The notes below the pieces were generated by a model, which saw only the letters and a program-made list of their open reading frames with translations, was not told the origin of the DNA and did not search any database. DNA of 64,000 bases from a virus: positions 32,001-96,000 of the IMG/VR virus record IMGVR_UViG_3300036790_000500. One strand, written 5' to 3'. How positions within the stretch are numbered: position 1 is the stretch's first letter; each line of letters begins with the position of its first letter. The position numbers were made by a program, and so were the translations under genes. This document shows positions 19,887 to 29,929 of this stretch, piece by piece.

Positions 19887-20469
19887 TTGGTATCGTCGGC
19901 CCGAACTCATCATCGCGGACCTGGTGCAGCGCGCCGGTCGCGGCGAACTCGAGGGTCGTCGGCAGTATTATCGTGCCGTCGTACTCGCGGTGGACCTTGA
20001 GGGAGGACTGCTTCAGAACAAGGGCGGCTCCGGTTCAATCACTGTGAAGCGCTCCGACGGGTCCTCCCAGACGTATAGCGCCGCTCCAGGGCTCGAGAAC
20101 CCACGCGGTTCCGTGAAGGCCCGGATTCTAACTGATGGGTTCGACCGCCTCATCACGGACGATGAGACTCGGGTCTTCTGGCCCATGTTTCCCACCGACC
20201 AGTTGGGCGTTCCCGTGGCTCCCGGTGAACACGTCTACGTGACCTTCGAAGGGAAGGGGACTGAGCACGGCCTCTGGCTCTCGCGGGTGTCTGGACAGGA
20301 CTCCGCAGGCAGTTTTCAAGGCGTCGATTCGTACACGGCCCCCTCTGCGCAACAGAGCGCGATGGACAACTTCGAACCGAATGACCCAGAGTACCAGCGA
20401 ACGGACGCGTCGGCCGGCATGGCCCCAGGGGTGAGTGCCATGCGGTTCTTCGACGGCGGAGACGACTAA
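19870..20469 (+). CDS. Baseplate hub/spike N-terminal (gp5 OB-fold-like) protein
   Basis: RAVVLAVD, GSVKARI, PVAPGEHVYVTF...WL resemble the gp5/gpV OB-fold; baseplate context. Confidence 0.55.
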   Translation: MPKSFDWYRRPELIIADLVQRAGRGELEGRRQYYRAVVLAVDLEGGLLQNKGGSGSITVKRSDGSSQTYSAAPGLENPRGSVKARILTDGFDRLITDDETRVFWPMFPTDQLGVPVAPGEHVYVTFEGKGTEHGLWLSRVSGQDSAGSFQGVDSYTAPSAQQSAMDNFEPNDPEYQRTDASAGMAPGVSAMRFFDGGDD

Positions 20470-21047
20470 TGGGACAGGACATGGTCTACGAGGTCGTTCC
20501 GAGGCTGCAACGTCGAGTGGGTGACGCGGTCCTGGCCAACCAGAACAATGCGACTATTCTTCTCGGTCGTGACCGCCCGGGAGGCGTCGACAGCGGCTAC
20601 GGCAGCGGTCCTGGAGCGGGGGCCGTTCATGCGATTGCGGGACGAGCGAACGCCGATGACCCCTCCATCGCTGACGATTCCGTCACGCTTTATCTGTCTG
20701 CGAAGTCAGACCCGGACGACAACTCAGGAACGACCTCCGTGGGAACCGCGGTTAAGGGCGTGCCCACGGCCGTCCTGCGGGCTGACTGCGTCCGCATCGT
20801 GCCGCGCCGCGACTTCAAACTCTCAGTCGGCTCAGCATACCTCATCATGCAGAGCGACGGTACGGTCGTGATTGAGGGAAACGTTTCACTCGGAGTGGGT
20901 GCCGCCCAGCGGCTCATCCGCGGCGACCTCTTCAACCTAGCGTTCGCGGCCCACACCCACGTGTCCGCGGCCCCAGGAAACCCGACTTCGCCACCGACAG
21001 CCCCCCTTCCGGACTCCCTCTTCAGTTCTAAAGTCCTGGTCTTCTAA
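20469..21047 (+). CDS. Baseplate central spike C-terminal-like protein
   Basis: ATILLGRD, beta-strand-rich body, LIRGD, HTH metal-binding tip followed by GNPTSPP. Confidence 0.6.
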   Translation: MGQDMVYEVVPRLQRRVGDAVLANQNNATILLGRDRPGGVDSGYGSGPGAGAVHAIAGRANADDPSIADDSVTLYLSAKSDPDDNSGTTSVGTAVKGVPTAVLRADCVRIVPRRDFKLSVGSAYLIMQSDGTVVIEGNVSLGVGAAQRLIRGDLFNLAFAAHTHVSAAPGNPTSPPTAPLPDSLFSSKVLVF

Positions 21048-21059
21048 GGCAGTAGAGCC

Positions 21060-21078
21060 GCCTCGGCTTTGCTGAGGC
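21060..21078 (+). other. Intergenic hairpin
   Basis: gcctcggc-ttt-gctgaggc 8-bp stem, no U-tract. Confidence 0.45.
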
Positions 21079-21082
21079 GCCG

Positions 21083-21090
21083 CTACCTAT
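21083..21090 (+). promoter_or_regulatory. Putative late promoter CTACCTAT
   Basis: Matches the recurrent intergenic (C/A)TAnnTA motif; just upstream of the gp25 ATG. Confidence 0.45.
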
Positions 21091-21096
21091 AGCCTG

Positions 21097-21483
21097 ATGA
21101 GTTACGGAGTTTCCTTTCCGCTCGCCTATGCGACCGGTTCGGTCGGTTACCTAGAGCCAACAAACGACATCGTTTCGGCCCTTCAGTCGAACGTCCGTTG
21201 CCTCCTCCTCACCAACTGGGGAGAGCGCGTCATGCACGCGGACATGGGTGGCAACTTCCGCGGCTTTCTGTTCGAACCGATGACGAACACCCTGCGCGCC
21301 GCCGTCGCCGCTCGGGTCAAGCAGCAACTATCCAAGTGGCTGCCGTTCCTTACCCTGACAGGCCTCACCGTCACGTTCTCCTCTGAGGACGCCTCGATTT
21401 CCGACCCTGGGTTTCGCGTCGAGATGGCAATGTCGTACGGCAACGTGCCCGTCAACCTCTCCCTGCTCTATCCGCCCTCCTGA
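21097..21483 (+). CDS. Baseplate wedge protein gp25-like
   Basis: NVRCLLLTNWGERVMHADMGGN..FLFEP, KWLPF (GPW/gp25 signature). Confidence 0.9.
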   Translation: MSYGVSFPLAYATGSVGYLEPTNDIVSALQSNVRCLLLTNWGERVMHADMGGNFRGFLFEPMTNTLRAAVAARVKQQLSKWLPFLTLTGLTVTFSSEDASISDPGFRVEMAMSYGNVPVNLSLLYPPS

Positions 21484-21491
21484 GGTCACCG

Positions 21492-23327
21492 ATGGCAAGC
21501 ACTCCCGCACCGCCGAACGTCTATAAGCAGCGCATCGTCAGCCTCCTCAACCGTGACTTCCGCTCGTTCAAGCGGGACCTCCTCACGTACAGTTCGGCCT
21601 ATGCCACGGCGTCCTTCTCGGACTACAACGAGTCCTCGCCAGGCATGTCCTTTCTGGAGATGGGTGCGTACATCGGCGACGGTCTGAGTTACATGCTCGA
21701 CCAGGCGTTCAATGAGGGCACCGACGCCGCGACGCAGATGAAGAACGTCCAGGCCAACGCTAAGATGCGCGGCTATCGACCGCTCGGCAAGCGTCCCTCG
21801 GTCGGTCAACTTGCCTGGGCCGTCGAGGTTCCGGCCACCGTCGACAACACGGGGGCCGTGGTTCCCGACGACAGTTACACGCCGGCGCTTCTCAAGGGCT
21901 CACAAGCCATATCCCAGAATGGAACGCCGTTCGAGACCCTTGCTGACGTCTACTTCACCGCTTCACTCGGGAGAATGGTGACCGGTTCGGCCTTTGACCC
22001 GACCACCGGTGTGCCGACCTCGTTCGCAATTCAATGCACAGTGGACGTGGTGGCCGGCAAGACCGTCACTGACTCCGTTGCAGTCACCGACTTTCAGCAG
22101 TTCCGGCGCATCGACCTCGGACAGACGGACGTCATTGAGGTGATTGACGTCTTCGACAGCCAGGGCAACGAGTGGTACGAGGTCGACTACCTCGCGCAGG
22201 ACTGGGTCTTCGTCGCTGAGACGAACACCAACGATGACTCCGACACCGTTCCGTACGTAATGAAACTCCAGACGGCGCCGTATCGCTTCGTCATCGACCG
22301 CGACATCACGACGGGCGTCTCCACGTTGGTGTTTGGGTCCGGAGACGGTCTGAACTTCGACGATGAGTTGGTCCCGAACGTGGGGTCATATGCCTTGCCG
22401 CTGGCTGGGAGACAGACCTATAGCACCTTCTCCATAGACCCCCAGAACTTCCTGCGAACGAGAAGCCTGGGGCTCTCACCGCACAACACGACCCTGACGA
22501 TAAACTACCGCGTCGGCGGCGGCTCGGCCACCAACGTCCCCGCTCGTTCCGTGCGTCAGGCCTCGAACGCCGTCCTGTCGTTCCCGAGTACGAACCTGAA
22601 CACCACCACACTCGGTGCAGTAGAGGGTTCAATCGGGTGCCTCAACCTCGCGTCCATGACGGGCGGCGGTGAGTCCGAGACCATTCGAGAAATCAAGGCC
22701 AATGCCGCGGCCTTCTTCGCTGCCCAGAACAGAATCGTGACCCGCGAGGACATCATCGCGCGAGCCTACTCGATTCCGGCCCCGTTCGGCATGCCGGCCC
22801 GTGTCTATGCAAAGCCGAGCCTGAGCGGCCGGTATGCGTTCGACCTGCACATGCTCTCGTACGACAGCACCGGAAACCTGGTCGTGGCCACGCCGACCCT
22901 GAAGTCGAACATGGCCACCTACCTCAGTAAGTTCAAAATGCTGACGGACGGAATCAACATCCTTGACGCGGACATCCTAGACCTGCGGGTCTACTTCGGC
23001 GTGACGGTCACGGCGGGCTCGAACGCCTCCCAGGTGCTCTTGAACTGCACGAACGCCTTGACCAGTTACTTCGCTCAGGGAAACCTCCAGATAGGTCAGC
23101 CGATTGTCGTGTCTAACGTCGTCGCCGTCCTCGACGGCCAGACCGGCGTCCAGGCGGTGACCGACGTCTCGTTCACGAACGTCTACGGCATCACCGATGG
23201 GCTCCAGTACTCGGACGACCGCTTTAACATCTCCCAAAACCTGCAGAACGGCATGCTGGTCTGTCCCCCTGAGGCGACCTTCCAGGTCAAGTTTCCCACG
23301 AAGGACATAGTCGGGAGCGCTTCGTGA
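21492..23327 (+). CDS. Baseplate wedge protein gp6-like (baseplate J family)
   Basis: RDFRSFK..L, FSDYNESSPG, AYIGD, FGSG, YRVGGGSATNV, GGGESET, AQNRIVTRED. Confidence 0.9.
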   Translation: MASTPAPPNVYKQRIVSLLNRDFRSFKRDLLTYSSAYATASFSDYNESSPGMSFLEMGAYIGDGLSYMLDQAFNEGTDAATQMKNVQANAKMRGYRPLGKRPSVGQLAWAVEVPATVDNTGAVVPDDSYTPALLKGSQAISQNGTPFETLADVYFTASLGRMVTGSAFDPTTGVPTSFAIQCTVDVVAGKTVTDSVAVTDFQQFRRIDLGQTDVIEVIDVFDSQGNEWYEVDYLAQDWVFVAETNTNDDSDTVPYVMKLQTAPYRFVIDRDITTGVSTLVFGSGDGLNFDDELVPNVGSYALPLAGRQTYSTFSIDPQNFLRTRSLGLSPHNTTLTINYRVGGGSATNVPARSVRQASNAVLSFPSTNLNTTTLGAVEGSIGCLNLASMTGGGESETIREIKANAAAFFAAQNRIVTREDIIARAYSIPAPFGMPARVYAKPSLSGRYAFDLHMLSYDSTGNLVVATPTLKSNMATYLSKFKMLTDGINILDADILDLRVYFGVTVTAGSNASQVLLNCTNALTSYFAQGNLQIGQPIVVSNVVAVLDGQTGVQAVTDVSFTNVYGITDGLQYSDDRFNISQNLQNGMLVCPPEATFQVKFPTKDIVGSAS

Positions 23328-24685
23328 TTTACAGAATTTATCCAACGGCCGACACGTTCCTAACGGACAACTACGTCTACCCGAACTACACCCCGATGAC
23401 CGGCGCGAACGTGGGTGCCGCTCCTGAGTTGCAGGTCTTCAAGCGAGCGGGGGTTTCGGGCGCGGTCGGTTCAATCGGTTCATCGAGCCTCGGTCGAATC
23501 CTGATGCAGTTCGACCTAACCCAGTTTTGTTCATTGACCGGTTCCGGCGACCTCCCCTCGAACGGCACGTTCACGCTGCAACTGAACCACAAGACGACCG
23601 GCGGCCGCCGTCCCACGAGTTTTGACCTCGTCGTGAGTCCGGTCCAGGCTCCATGGGACGAGGGCTCGGGCCAGGACGTTGAGCAACTCCAAGACGCAGG
23701 CTGGGCGAACTGGACGATGCGTGATTCCCAGAACTACTGGGGCACGCCGGGCGGCGACTTCTGGACCGACATCACCGCCTCCCAGCACTTCGATACGGGC
23801 CTTGAAGACCTCAGCGTCGATGTCACCTCGATGGTTGGAGACTGGCTGGGGAGCGAGTTCGCCAACTACGGCTTCGGGATTATGCTTACCTCGTCCATTG
23901 AGTCGAACTCGGTGTACATCGACTACTACAAGAAGGTCTTCTATGCGCGTGAAACGCAATACCAGGACCGCGCCCCATATCTCGAGTATCGAGCCAATGA
24001 CTTCACTCATGACGACCGTGTGAACGCGCAGTGGGGCCAACCGGTCACCCTGTACCTGTATAACGTCATCGGCGGCGTCTTTGCAGACATCCCGCAGCCG
24101 ATTCTGATGTCCGTCTCGGACGCCTCTGGAACCCTAACGAGCGTCACCGCAAGCCGCGGACTCGTTCCCGGGGTGTATAGCGCCTCCTTCGTGTTGCCCA
24201 CTGGCTCCTATAGCGGCTCTGTCTTCTATGACTTATGGGGTAGCGGTTCGTACGCCTATTCCACTGGAACGTTCTCCCTCGTGGGTGGACTGCCCATCAA
24301 CTCGATTCAACGCCCGCAACTCACGGCTCGGGTCCGGAACCTCCAAGACGAGTACTCCTGTGAGGACTCGCCTGTCTTGGAGGTGTTCTTTCGGAAGCGT
24401 CCATTGACGGTCCAGGTCGTGCAGACGGCCTCGCTCAGTCCAACTCCGTACATCGTGGAGCACGGCTACTGGGCCATTGAGAACGACAGCACCGGCCAAC
24501 GGGTGATTCCGTTCGGGACCGGTTCGCTCCAAGAGACGCGCCTCTCGTACGGGGCTGACGGCAACCAGTTTCGGCTCTTCATGTCAAACCTGCACGCAGG
24601 CAACGCCTACCGGGTCCTCTTCCTCGTGAACGACAACGGGGCCCAGCAGGTCATTGACAATCAGATTCTCTTCAAAGTCGTGTGA
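23324..24685 (+). CDS. Virion structural protein (DNRLRE-like beta-sandwich)
   Basis: PTADT, RILMQFDL, WDEG, DVTSMVGDW, NYGFGI, FYARE...PYLE. Confidence 0.65.
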   Translation: MIYRIYPTADTFLTDNYVYPNYTPMTGANVGAAPELQVFKRAGVSGAVGSIGSSSLGRILMQFDLTQFCSLTGSGDLPSNGTFTLQLNHKTTGGRRPTSFDLVVSPVQAPWDEGSGQDVEQLQDAGWANWTMRDSQNYWGTPGGDFWTDITASQHFDTGLEDLSVDVTSMVGDWLGSEFANYGFGIMLTSSIESNSVYIDYYKKVFYARETQYQDRAPYLEYRANDFTHDDRVNAQWGQPVTLYLYNVIGGVFADIPQPILMSVSDASGTLTSVTASRGLVPGVYSASFVLPTGSYSGSVFYDLWGSGSYAYSTGTFSLVGGLPINSIQRPQLTARVRNLQDEYSCEDSPVLEVFFRKRPLTVQVVQTASLSPTPYIVEHGYWAIENDSTGQRVIPFGTGSLQETRLSYGADGNQFRLFMSNLHAGNAYRVLFLVNDNGAQQVIDNQILFKVV

Positions 24686-24690
24686 GTTAA

Positions 24691-27615
24691 GTGACCGACA
24701 TCTTTCAACTCTTTGATGGCACGATGGGCGCGGGTGCGGCCGCGTCCGTCTCTAATCAAAGCGCCGGTTCGTTCTCAAGTGTCACGACCGATAACGACCT
24801 CATCTCGACGCTGGCCTCCGGCAGCGACGCGGTGTCCCTGCTCGTCGATTACTCAGACTTCGCGAACTTCGTCACGTTCAACTCAGCCCAGAGTTACGTG
24901 ACCGTGACGGCCGACCAGGTCGTCAATGAGTATCCGATGGGCGGCTCCGCCAACGACCTGCAGGTCTTCATCAACTCGCTGGACGGGTACCAACAGTACT
25001 TTCTGACGAATTGGCCGTCATGGGCCGGTCACCTGCGGCTGAACCCCGCCGTCTCCGCGTCGTACGTCAGCATCTCTGACAACGGAGTCCAGGACGGCGT
25101 GGCCCGAACGGCCATGCTCAGTCCCGGTACCGGGTCAATCACCGTCCAGGCGTGGATTGATGTGCCGGTCCTGACCGGGAGCAGCGACGTGCAGGTGGTC
25201 TTTCAGAAGGCCGCTCCCGGTGGGACTGACGGCTATACCGCCTTCGTCTCCGGCTCAGCGGTCTACTTCCAGGTCTCGTCCGGCTCTACGCTGGCGACGG
25301 TCTCGGGTTCCCTATCGCTGATGCCGTCGTTCTTCTCGGCCGTCCTCGACCGCGGCTCTGCGACGGGTTCACTCTCGATGTACGTCGGTACCTCGGGCAC
25401 GTACCCGGTCCGCACCGACTTCACGTCGGTGCTCCTCGGGTCTCGCTTCGACCTCGCGTCCGGCTCGTTCTACATCGGCTCCGGCTCAGTGGTGAGTAAG
25501 GTCGTGCGACCGTTCACGGGCTCGTTGGACGACGTCAGCGCATGGTTCATTCCGCGGGCCTGCCAGGACATCACCGGCTCGTACAACAGGAGAACGTTCG
25601 CGCAGTACGGACTAACGGGGCTTTGGCGTTTCAATGACGCATCACCGAGTACACCGTCCGTCATCGGCGGAGTAATTCACGATTCGTCCGGTAACAGGCT
25701 GGACGGCCGAGTCCAGATGTACTTCTCGGGTTCCAGGGGCTCGGGGTCGCTGACCAACGATTCGGTCGACCCAATTCTCTCGTTGGATGACCCGACCGTC
25801 GTGAGTTACGTCGTGAACGCGCAGGTCACCGGCGCTCTCTACGACCGAAATAACCAGAGTTTAATCTTCAACCTCTTTCCGGACGCGTTCTCGAGCGTCG
25901 ACCCCGCGTCACAAGCGGTGTTCGAGAGTTTTACGTTGATTCTGGCACGGCACTACGACCGGCTCAAACTCTACATTACGCAACTGCCGAACCTTCGTCG
26001 GGTGAACTACGACGAGTTCGACCAGGCACCGGACGAACTGCTGGACCAGGTCGGCGACTTCATGGGTTGGAACCTCCAGGGCAGTTTCGTGACGACTGAC
26101 GCCCTGAAGTACTTCCTCGGTCGAAACGTGACCCTTGGGCCCGAGGGCAACGCTCCGCTCGACACTCAACTCTTCGACATCAAGGCCCAGTTCTGGCGTC
26201 GAGTGCTGCAGAACCTGGTGTATCTGTACAAGACGAAGGGAACCCGAGAGGGCGTTGAGGCCCTGATGCGGGCCTATGGCGTCGATGATAACTTCGTTCG
26301 TCTGAAGGAGTACTCGAATCGAAACGAGCAGCAACTCGTTCTCAATCGAGTAGAAGCCGAGAAAAGCGTGTTCGCGCTTCAGGTCTCCGGGTCCGTGGCC
26401 GTCTCAGCGGCGGCGTTAAACTCCTCGCTTACGTCCGACCGCGGCGACTTCTCAATCGAGGCCCGCGTGCGGTTTCCTCTCCCGGATGATGACCTGATGC
26501 CGCCGACGCAACTGTCGGGGGTCATTGCGTCGCTCTCCTCTGGCTCATCGGCGGTCTCCGTCTGGTACAGCAAGCCCCTGGCCACGTCGCTCACCGGAAA
26601 CATCTACGTCTCGAGTTCCGCGGGAGTTCTGCAACTCACGTCGGCGTCCGTGTTCGACGATAACTTCTACAACCTGAGCGTGGTTCGCGAACACGTCACC
26701 GGTACGATGACCCTCGACGCCCGGCGGTACTCGAACGGTGACTTGGTCTTCGTGACCAGTTCCGTGGCCGTGAGCGGGTCCGGAGCCTACCCCGGTTTCG
26801 TTCCGTACACGGGCTTCGCCGTCGGCTCCACGAACACGAACGGTGAGTTTTGGGTACAGGAGACCCGTGCTTGGTCATCCCATCTTCTGGCGGATGAGGT
26901 CGATGCGCATGCGCAACACTTTGAGAGTTACGGGCGCGACGAGAGCCATAGGAACGACGACCTTCGAGTACACTGGCGGCTCGCCGACGGAGCATACGTC
27001 ACCGCGACCGGAGCACTCACCGTTCTAGACTCGACTCCGTACGGCGTCAACGGCTCAGGCACGAACTTCGTCCCTAACACCCAGCCGTTCACGAAGTTCC
27101 TCGTCGACTACGCGTATATTCCGAGCGTCGATTGGAACGGGCAGAAGGTCAGAATCTTCTCTGGCTCGACAATCGACCCGCAGGACGCCTGGCACGACGA
27201 CCGGTTCGTGGCCCTCGAGTTCAACATGTACGACGCTCTAGACGAGGACATCTCTCATCTAATGACCTCGTATCAGGAGTTGAATAACGTGCTCGGTCTT
27301 CCGGTGAATCGGTATCGGGAGGAGTACGAGGGCCTGCAGCAGATGCGGGAGACGTACTTCAAACGGCTCCAAGGCCAACTCAACTTTAGAGTATTTGTGG
27401 ACATGCTGGACTTCTTCGACACGTCATTCGTCACGATTGTGCAGAGGATGCTGCCGGCCCGGGCCCTCTTCAAGGGTGATGAGTTGGTCGTAGAGAGCCA
27501 CATGCTCGAGCGGCCCAAGTACCAGTATCAACTTCGACCCGTCCATGAGGGTCTGATTGACATCTCTGGGTCCATTTCGGTGACGGACCTCTATGATATC
27601 TACTGCTCACGATGA
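24691..27615 (+). CDS. Large baseplate/tail protein (gp7-like core with two LamG-like domains)
   Basis: NLVYLYKTKGTREGVEALMRAYG wedge motif; LamG-like FTGSLDDV..W and LRVHWRL. Confidence 0.75.
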   Translation: MTDIFQLFDGTMGAGAAASVSNQSAGSFSSVTTDNDLISTLASGSDAVSLLVDYSDFANFVTFNSAQSYVTVTADQVVNEYPMGGSANDLQVFINSLDGYQQYFLTNWPSWAGHLRLNPAVSASYVSISDNGVQDGVARTAMLSPGTGSITVQAWIDVPVLTGSSDVQVVFQKAAPGGTDGYTAFVSGSAVYFQVSSGSTLATVSGSLSLMPSFFSAVLDRGSATGSLSMYVGTSGTYPVRTDFTSVLLGSRFDLASGSFYIGSGSVVSKVVRPFTGSLDDVSAWFIPRACQDITGSYNRRTFAQYGLTGLWRFNDASPSTPSVIGGVIHDSSGNRLDGRVQMYFSGSRGSGSLTNDSVDPILSLDDPTVVSYVVNAQVTGALYDRNNQSLIFNLFPDAFSSVDPASQAVFESFTLILARHYDRLKLYITQLPNLRRVNYDEFDQAPDELLDQVGDFMGWNLQGSFVTTDALKYFLGRNVTLGPEGNAPLDTQLFDIKAQFWRRVLQNLVYLYKTKGTREGVEALMRAYGVDDNFVRLKEYSNRNEQQLVLNRVEAEKSVFALQVSGSVAVSAAALNSSLTSDRGDFSIEARVRFPLPDDDLMPPTQLSGVIASLSSGSSAVSVWYSKPLATSLTGNIYVSSSAGVLQLTSASVFDDNFYNLSVVREHVTGTMTLDARRYSNGDLVFVTSSVAVSGSGAYPGFVPYTGFAVGSTNTNGEFWVQETRAWSSHLLADEVDAHAQHFESYGRDESHRNDDLRVHWRLADGAYVTATGALTVLDSTPYGVNGSGTNFVPNTQPFTKFLVDYAYIPSVDWNGQKVRIFSGSTIDPQDAWHDDRFVALEFNMYDALDEDISHLMTSYQELNNVLGLPVNRYREEYEGLQQMRETYFKRLQGQLNFRVFVDMLDFFDTSFVTIVQRMLPARALFKGDELVVESHMLERPKYQYQLRPVHEGLIDISGSISVTDLYDIYCSR

Positions 27616-27630
27616 TGTGGCCATGGGGGC

Positions 27631-27637
27631 CTAGGTA
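27631..27637 (+). promoter_or_regulatory. Putative late promoter CTAGGTA
   Basis: Recurrent intergenic motif; 11 nt before ATG 27649. Confidence 0.4.
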
Positions 27638-27648
27638 AAGAAACACAG

Positions 27649-28398
27649 ATGGCAGACAACACCATACTCAACCTCGGAACGGGCGGCGACACCCTTCGCA
27701 CTGAGGACGTCGGCGGCGGCGTCAAGGTTCCCGTTTCGAAGATTCACACGGGAGCCTCGGACGTGGACGGCGGTCCCGTCACGACCGCTAATCCGTTTCC
27801 CGTGCAAGTCGTCTCCGGCTCCCAGACAAGCCTGTTGCAGGGAGGCGTGCTCGCGGGACCCGCGAATCCGATTTCGACGCAGACAGTGTCCGGTTCCCTA
27901 GTCAGTCTGCTACAGGGTGGGCTCGCCGTCTCGGCCGGCAACGCCGTTCCGGTGCAGGTCGAGAATCCGGTGAGCATCACGGCGAACGGAAGCACCGTTT
28001 CGTGGACCGCACAGTTACCGGTCATTGAACCATGCGGCCAGGTCGTCTCCGGTTCAACGGTCTCGACGGTCAACTACGCCTTCGGTGACTTCAGTACGTC
28101 GGGCTCCGCCAATCAACTCGTGGGACAGCAGGGAACAGGCGCAGGCAAGCGCATTCGCGTGCTTTCGGCCGTCCTCTCCTCGGCGAACGCCGTGAACGTA
28201 CGCTTCACGACGGCGAACCCAAACGGTTCGACCGGCAGCATCAGCGGTCAGTTCTTCGTGGCGGCATCGGGCGGCTTCGTCCTGCCCTTCAACCCCCACG
28301 GTTGGTTCCAAACGAACGTCAGCGAGAGCCTGAACGTCGCCACGACGGGTGGCACCGACGTCGGAATCGGAATTACCTGGGTCCTTGCGGGGCAGTAA
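27649..28398 (+). CDS. Virion structural/fibre-like protein with SGSxxxLLxGG repeats
   Basis: G/S/T/V-rich; two tandem ~25-aa repeats; resembles the ORF at 63603. Confidence 0.65.
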   Translation: MADNTILNLGTGGDTLRTEDVGGGVKVPVSKIHTGASDVDGGPVTTANPFPVQVVSGSQTSLLQGGVLAGPANPISTQTVSGSLVSLLQGGLAVSAGNAVPVQVENPVSITANGSTVSWTAQLPVIEPCGQVVSGSTVSTVNYAFGDFSTSGSANQLVGQQGTGAGKRIRVLSAVLSSANAVNVRFTTANPNGSTGSISGQFFVAASGGFVLPFNPHGWFQTNVSESLNVATTGGTDVGIGITWVLAGQ

Positions 28399-28408
28399 GG
28401 AGTAAGCG

Positions 28409-29926
28409 ATGCCCCTCTCCAGCGTCACCCGGGACGCCCTCGGCGGCTGGTACTTTCCGTCGGGCTCGACCGAGTGGGCGACCCTGCTCGCCGGGTCCGG
28501 CCTCGGGCTGCCGGTCTCCGTCTGGTCGCTCCAGGAGAGGTCCGGCGGCGTCTTCGGCGACAGCGTGCAGGGGAACGGGAACAACGACCTCGTCGTCGGT
28601 ACCTCGACGGCGGAGTACGTCCCTGGATGGTCTCGCATCGGCATCATTCCCAGCTTCAGCAACACCACCAATCCGAACCTGAATATCGCGGTCAGCAGCT
28701 CACTGCTCCTCACGGTCGTGAGGCCGAGGGCCCTCCAGACTGCCTCTACCGGGACCGTCGTTGGCCTCGGGGTCAATACCTCGTATCGGGCCATTGCCTT
28801 TACCGGCGAGGTCGGCGTACAGCCGGGTCACACCGGTTCCTGGATGTACGCCACCATCGACGGCTCGGCCCAGCCCACCGGGTCTCTGCCTGTCACGTCG
28901 GGCCAGGTCTATCTCGTCGCTCTGCGTGTCAACCTGACGGCCGGCTCGACCGGACTCGTCACCGAGTACGAGACGATAACCCAGACGCCGTACACGGTCC
29001 CTCCGAACACGGGCGCCGGAATACTCTGGGGAGCGGCGTTGACGAATACCGCGAACGTCGACTTCCTCTACGGCGCCCTCTGGCAGGGCCCCACGGCGGA
29101 GATGACGGACACGCAGGTCCAGTCGCTCTTCAACCTGATGAAGTACGGGACGGTGGCCCGCGGCGTCACCCAGGACACGACCTCGGGCTGGCGCGCCCCG
29201 CGGGACCCCACCGAGTGGGCCCTGCTGCTCACCGGCTCCGGCGTTCCCGTCCCGAGCGCGGCCTACAACATGACCGAGACGAGCAGTCCGACGGCGGACA
29301 ACGTGGGCCAGGACATGTTCTACAGCGACCACCTGACCGCCGGCACCGTCGGCGTCGGCGGGACGTTCCCCGGTTGGTCGCGACCGGGATTCCAGACGTA
29401 CGACGGCGGCGCGTACGGTGTGCAGACCGCGAACACCCTGACGGGCGCCTCCCGGGCCGTCCTCATGTACTACGGCATCAGCGGCTCCGCCGAGCTGCTC
29501 AACATGCTCAACTACATGGGCAACGGCCTCGACGTCTCCCTCGTCTCGGGGAGCATCTACGCCGTCGGCGGAAACCGAGTGGGGACCGGCGTGCGGGGGT
29601 CCGTCCCCGCGGCGTTGCCCAGCGTTCGGCCCTTCCTCTACGTCGTCAACGACACGGCCGGCACCAACAAGTACTACTCGACCGTCGAGAGCGTGGTCGG
29701 CTCGGCCGGCATCGTCGACGCGAACACCATCACCCTCGGCTCGAACGTCAGTTCCCAGCCGGCCCCCTCCGGCACGCTCCTCTACGCCGCCGTCTGGACC
29801 GGCAGTTACGCGGAGATGACGGACACCCAGGCGGCGACCCTGCTGCGGCTGGCGCAGTTCGGCACGCTGTCGAGCGGGTCGGCGGTGGCGCGCAATCTCC
29901 TCATGCTCATGGGTTACGGGAGTTGA
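28409..29926 (+). CDS. Virion protein with tandemly duplicated beta-rich (lectin-like) domain
   Basis: Two ~245-aa units, each starting VTxD..GW..P...TEWA.LL.GSG and ending LY.A.W.G..AEMTDTQ. Confidence 0.7.
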   Translation: MPLSSVTRDALGGWYFPSGSTEWATLLAGSGLGLPVSVWSLQERSGGVFGDSVQGNGNNDLVVGTSTAEYVPGWSRIGIIPSFSNTTNPNLNIAVSSSLLLTVVRPRALQTASTGTVVGLGVNTSYRAIAFTGEVGVQPGHTGSWMYATIDGSAQPTGSLPVTSGQVYLVALRVNLTAGSTGLVTEYETITQTPYTVPPNTGAGILWGAALTNTANVDFLYGALWQGPTAEMTDTQVQSLFNLMKYGTVARGVTQDTTSGWRAPRDPTEWALLLTGSGVPVPSAAYNMTETSSPTADNVGQDMFYSDHLTAGTVGVGGTFPGWSRPGFQTYDGGAYGVQTANTLTGASRAVLMYYGISGSAELLNMLNYMGNGLDVSLVSGSIYAVGGNRVGTGVRGSVPAALPSVRPFLYVVNDTAGTNKYYSTVESVVGSAGIVDANTITLGSNVSSQPAPSGTLLYAAVWTGSYAEMTDTQAATLLRLAQFGTLSSGSAVARNLLMLMGYGS

Positions 29927-29929
29927 TGG

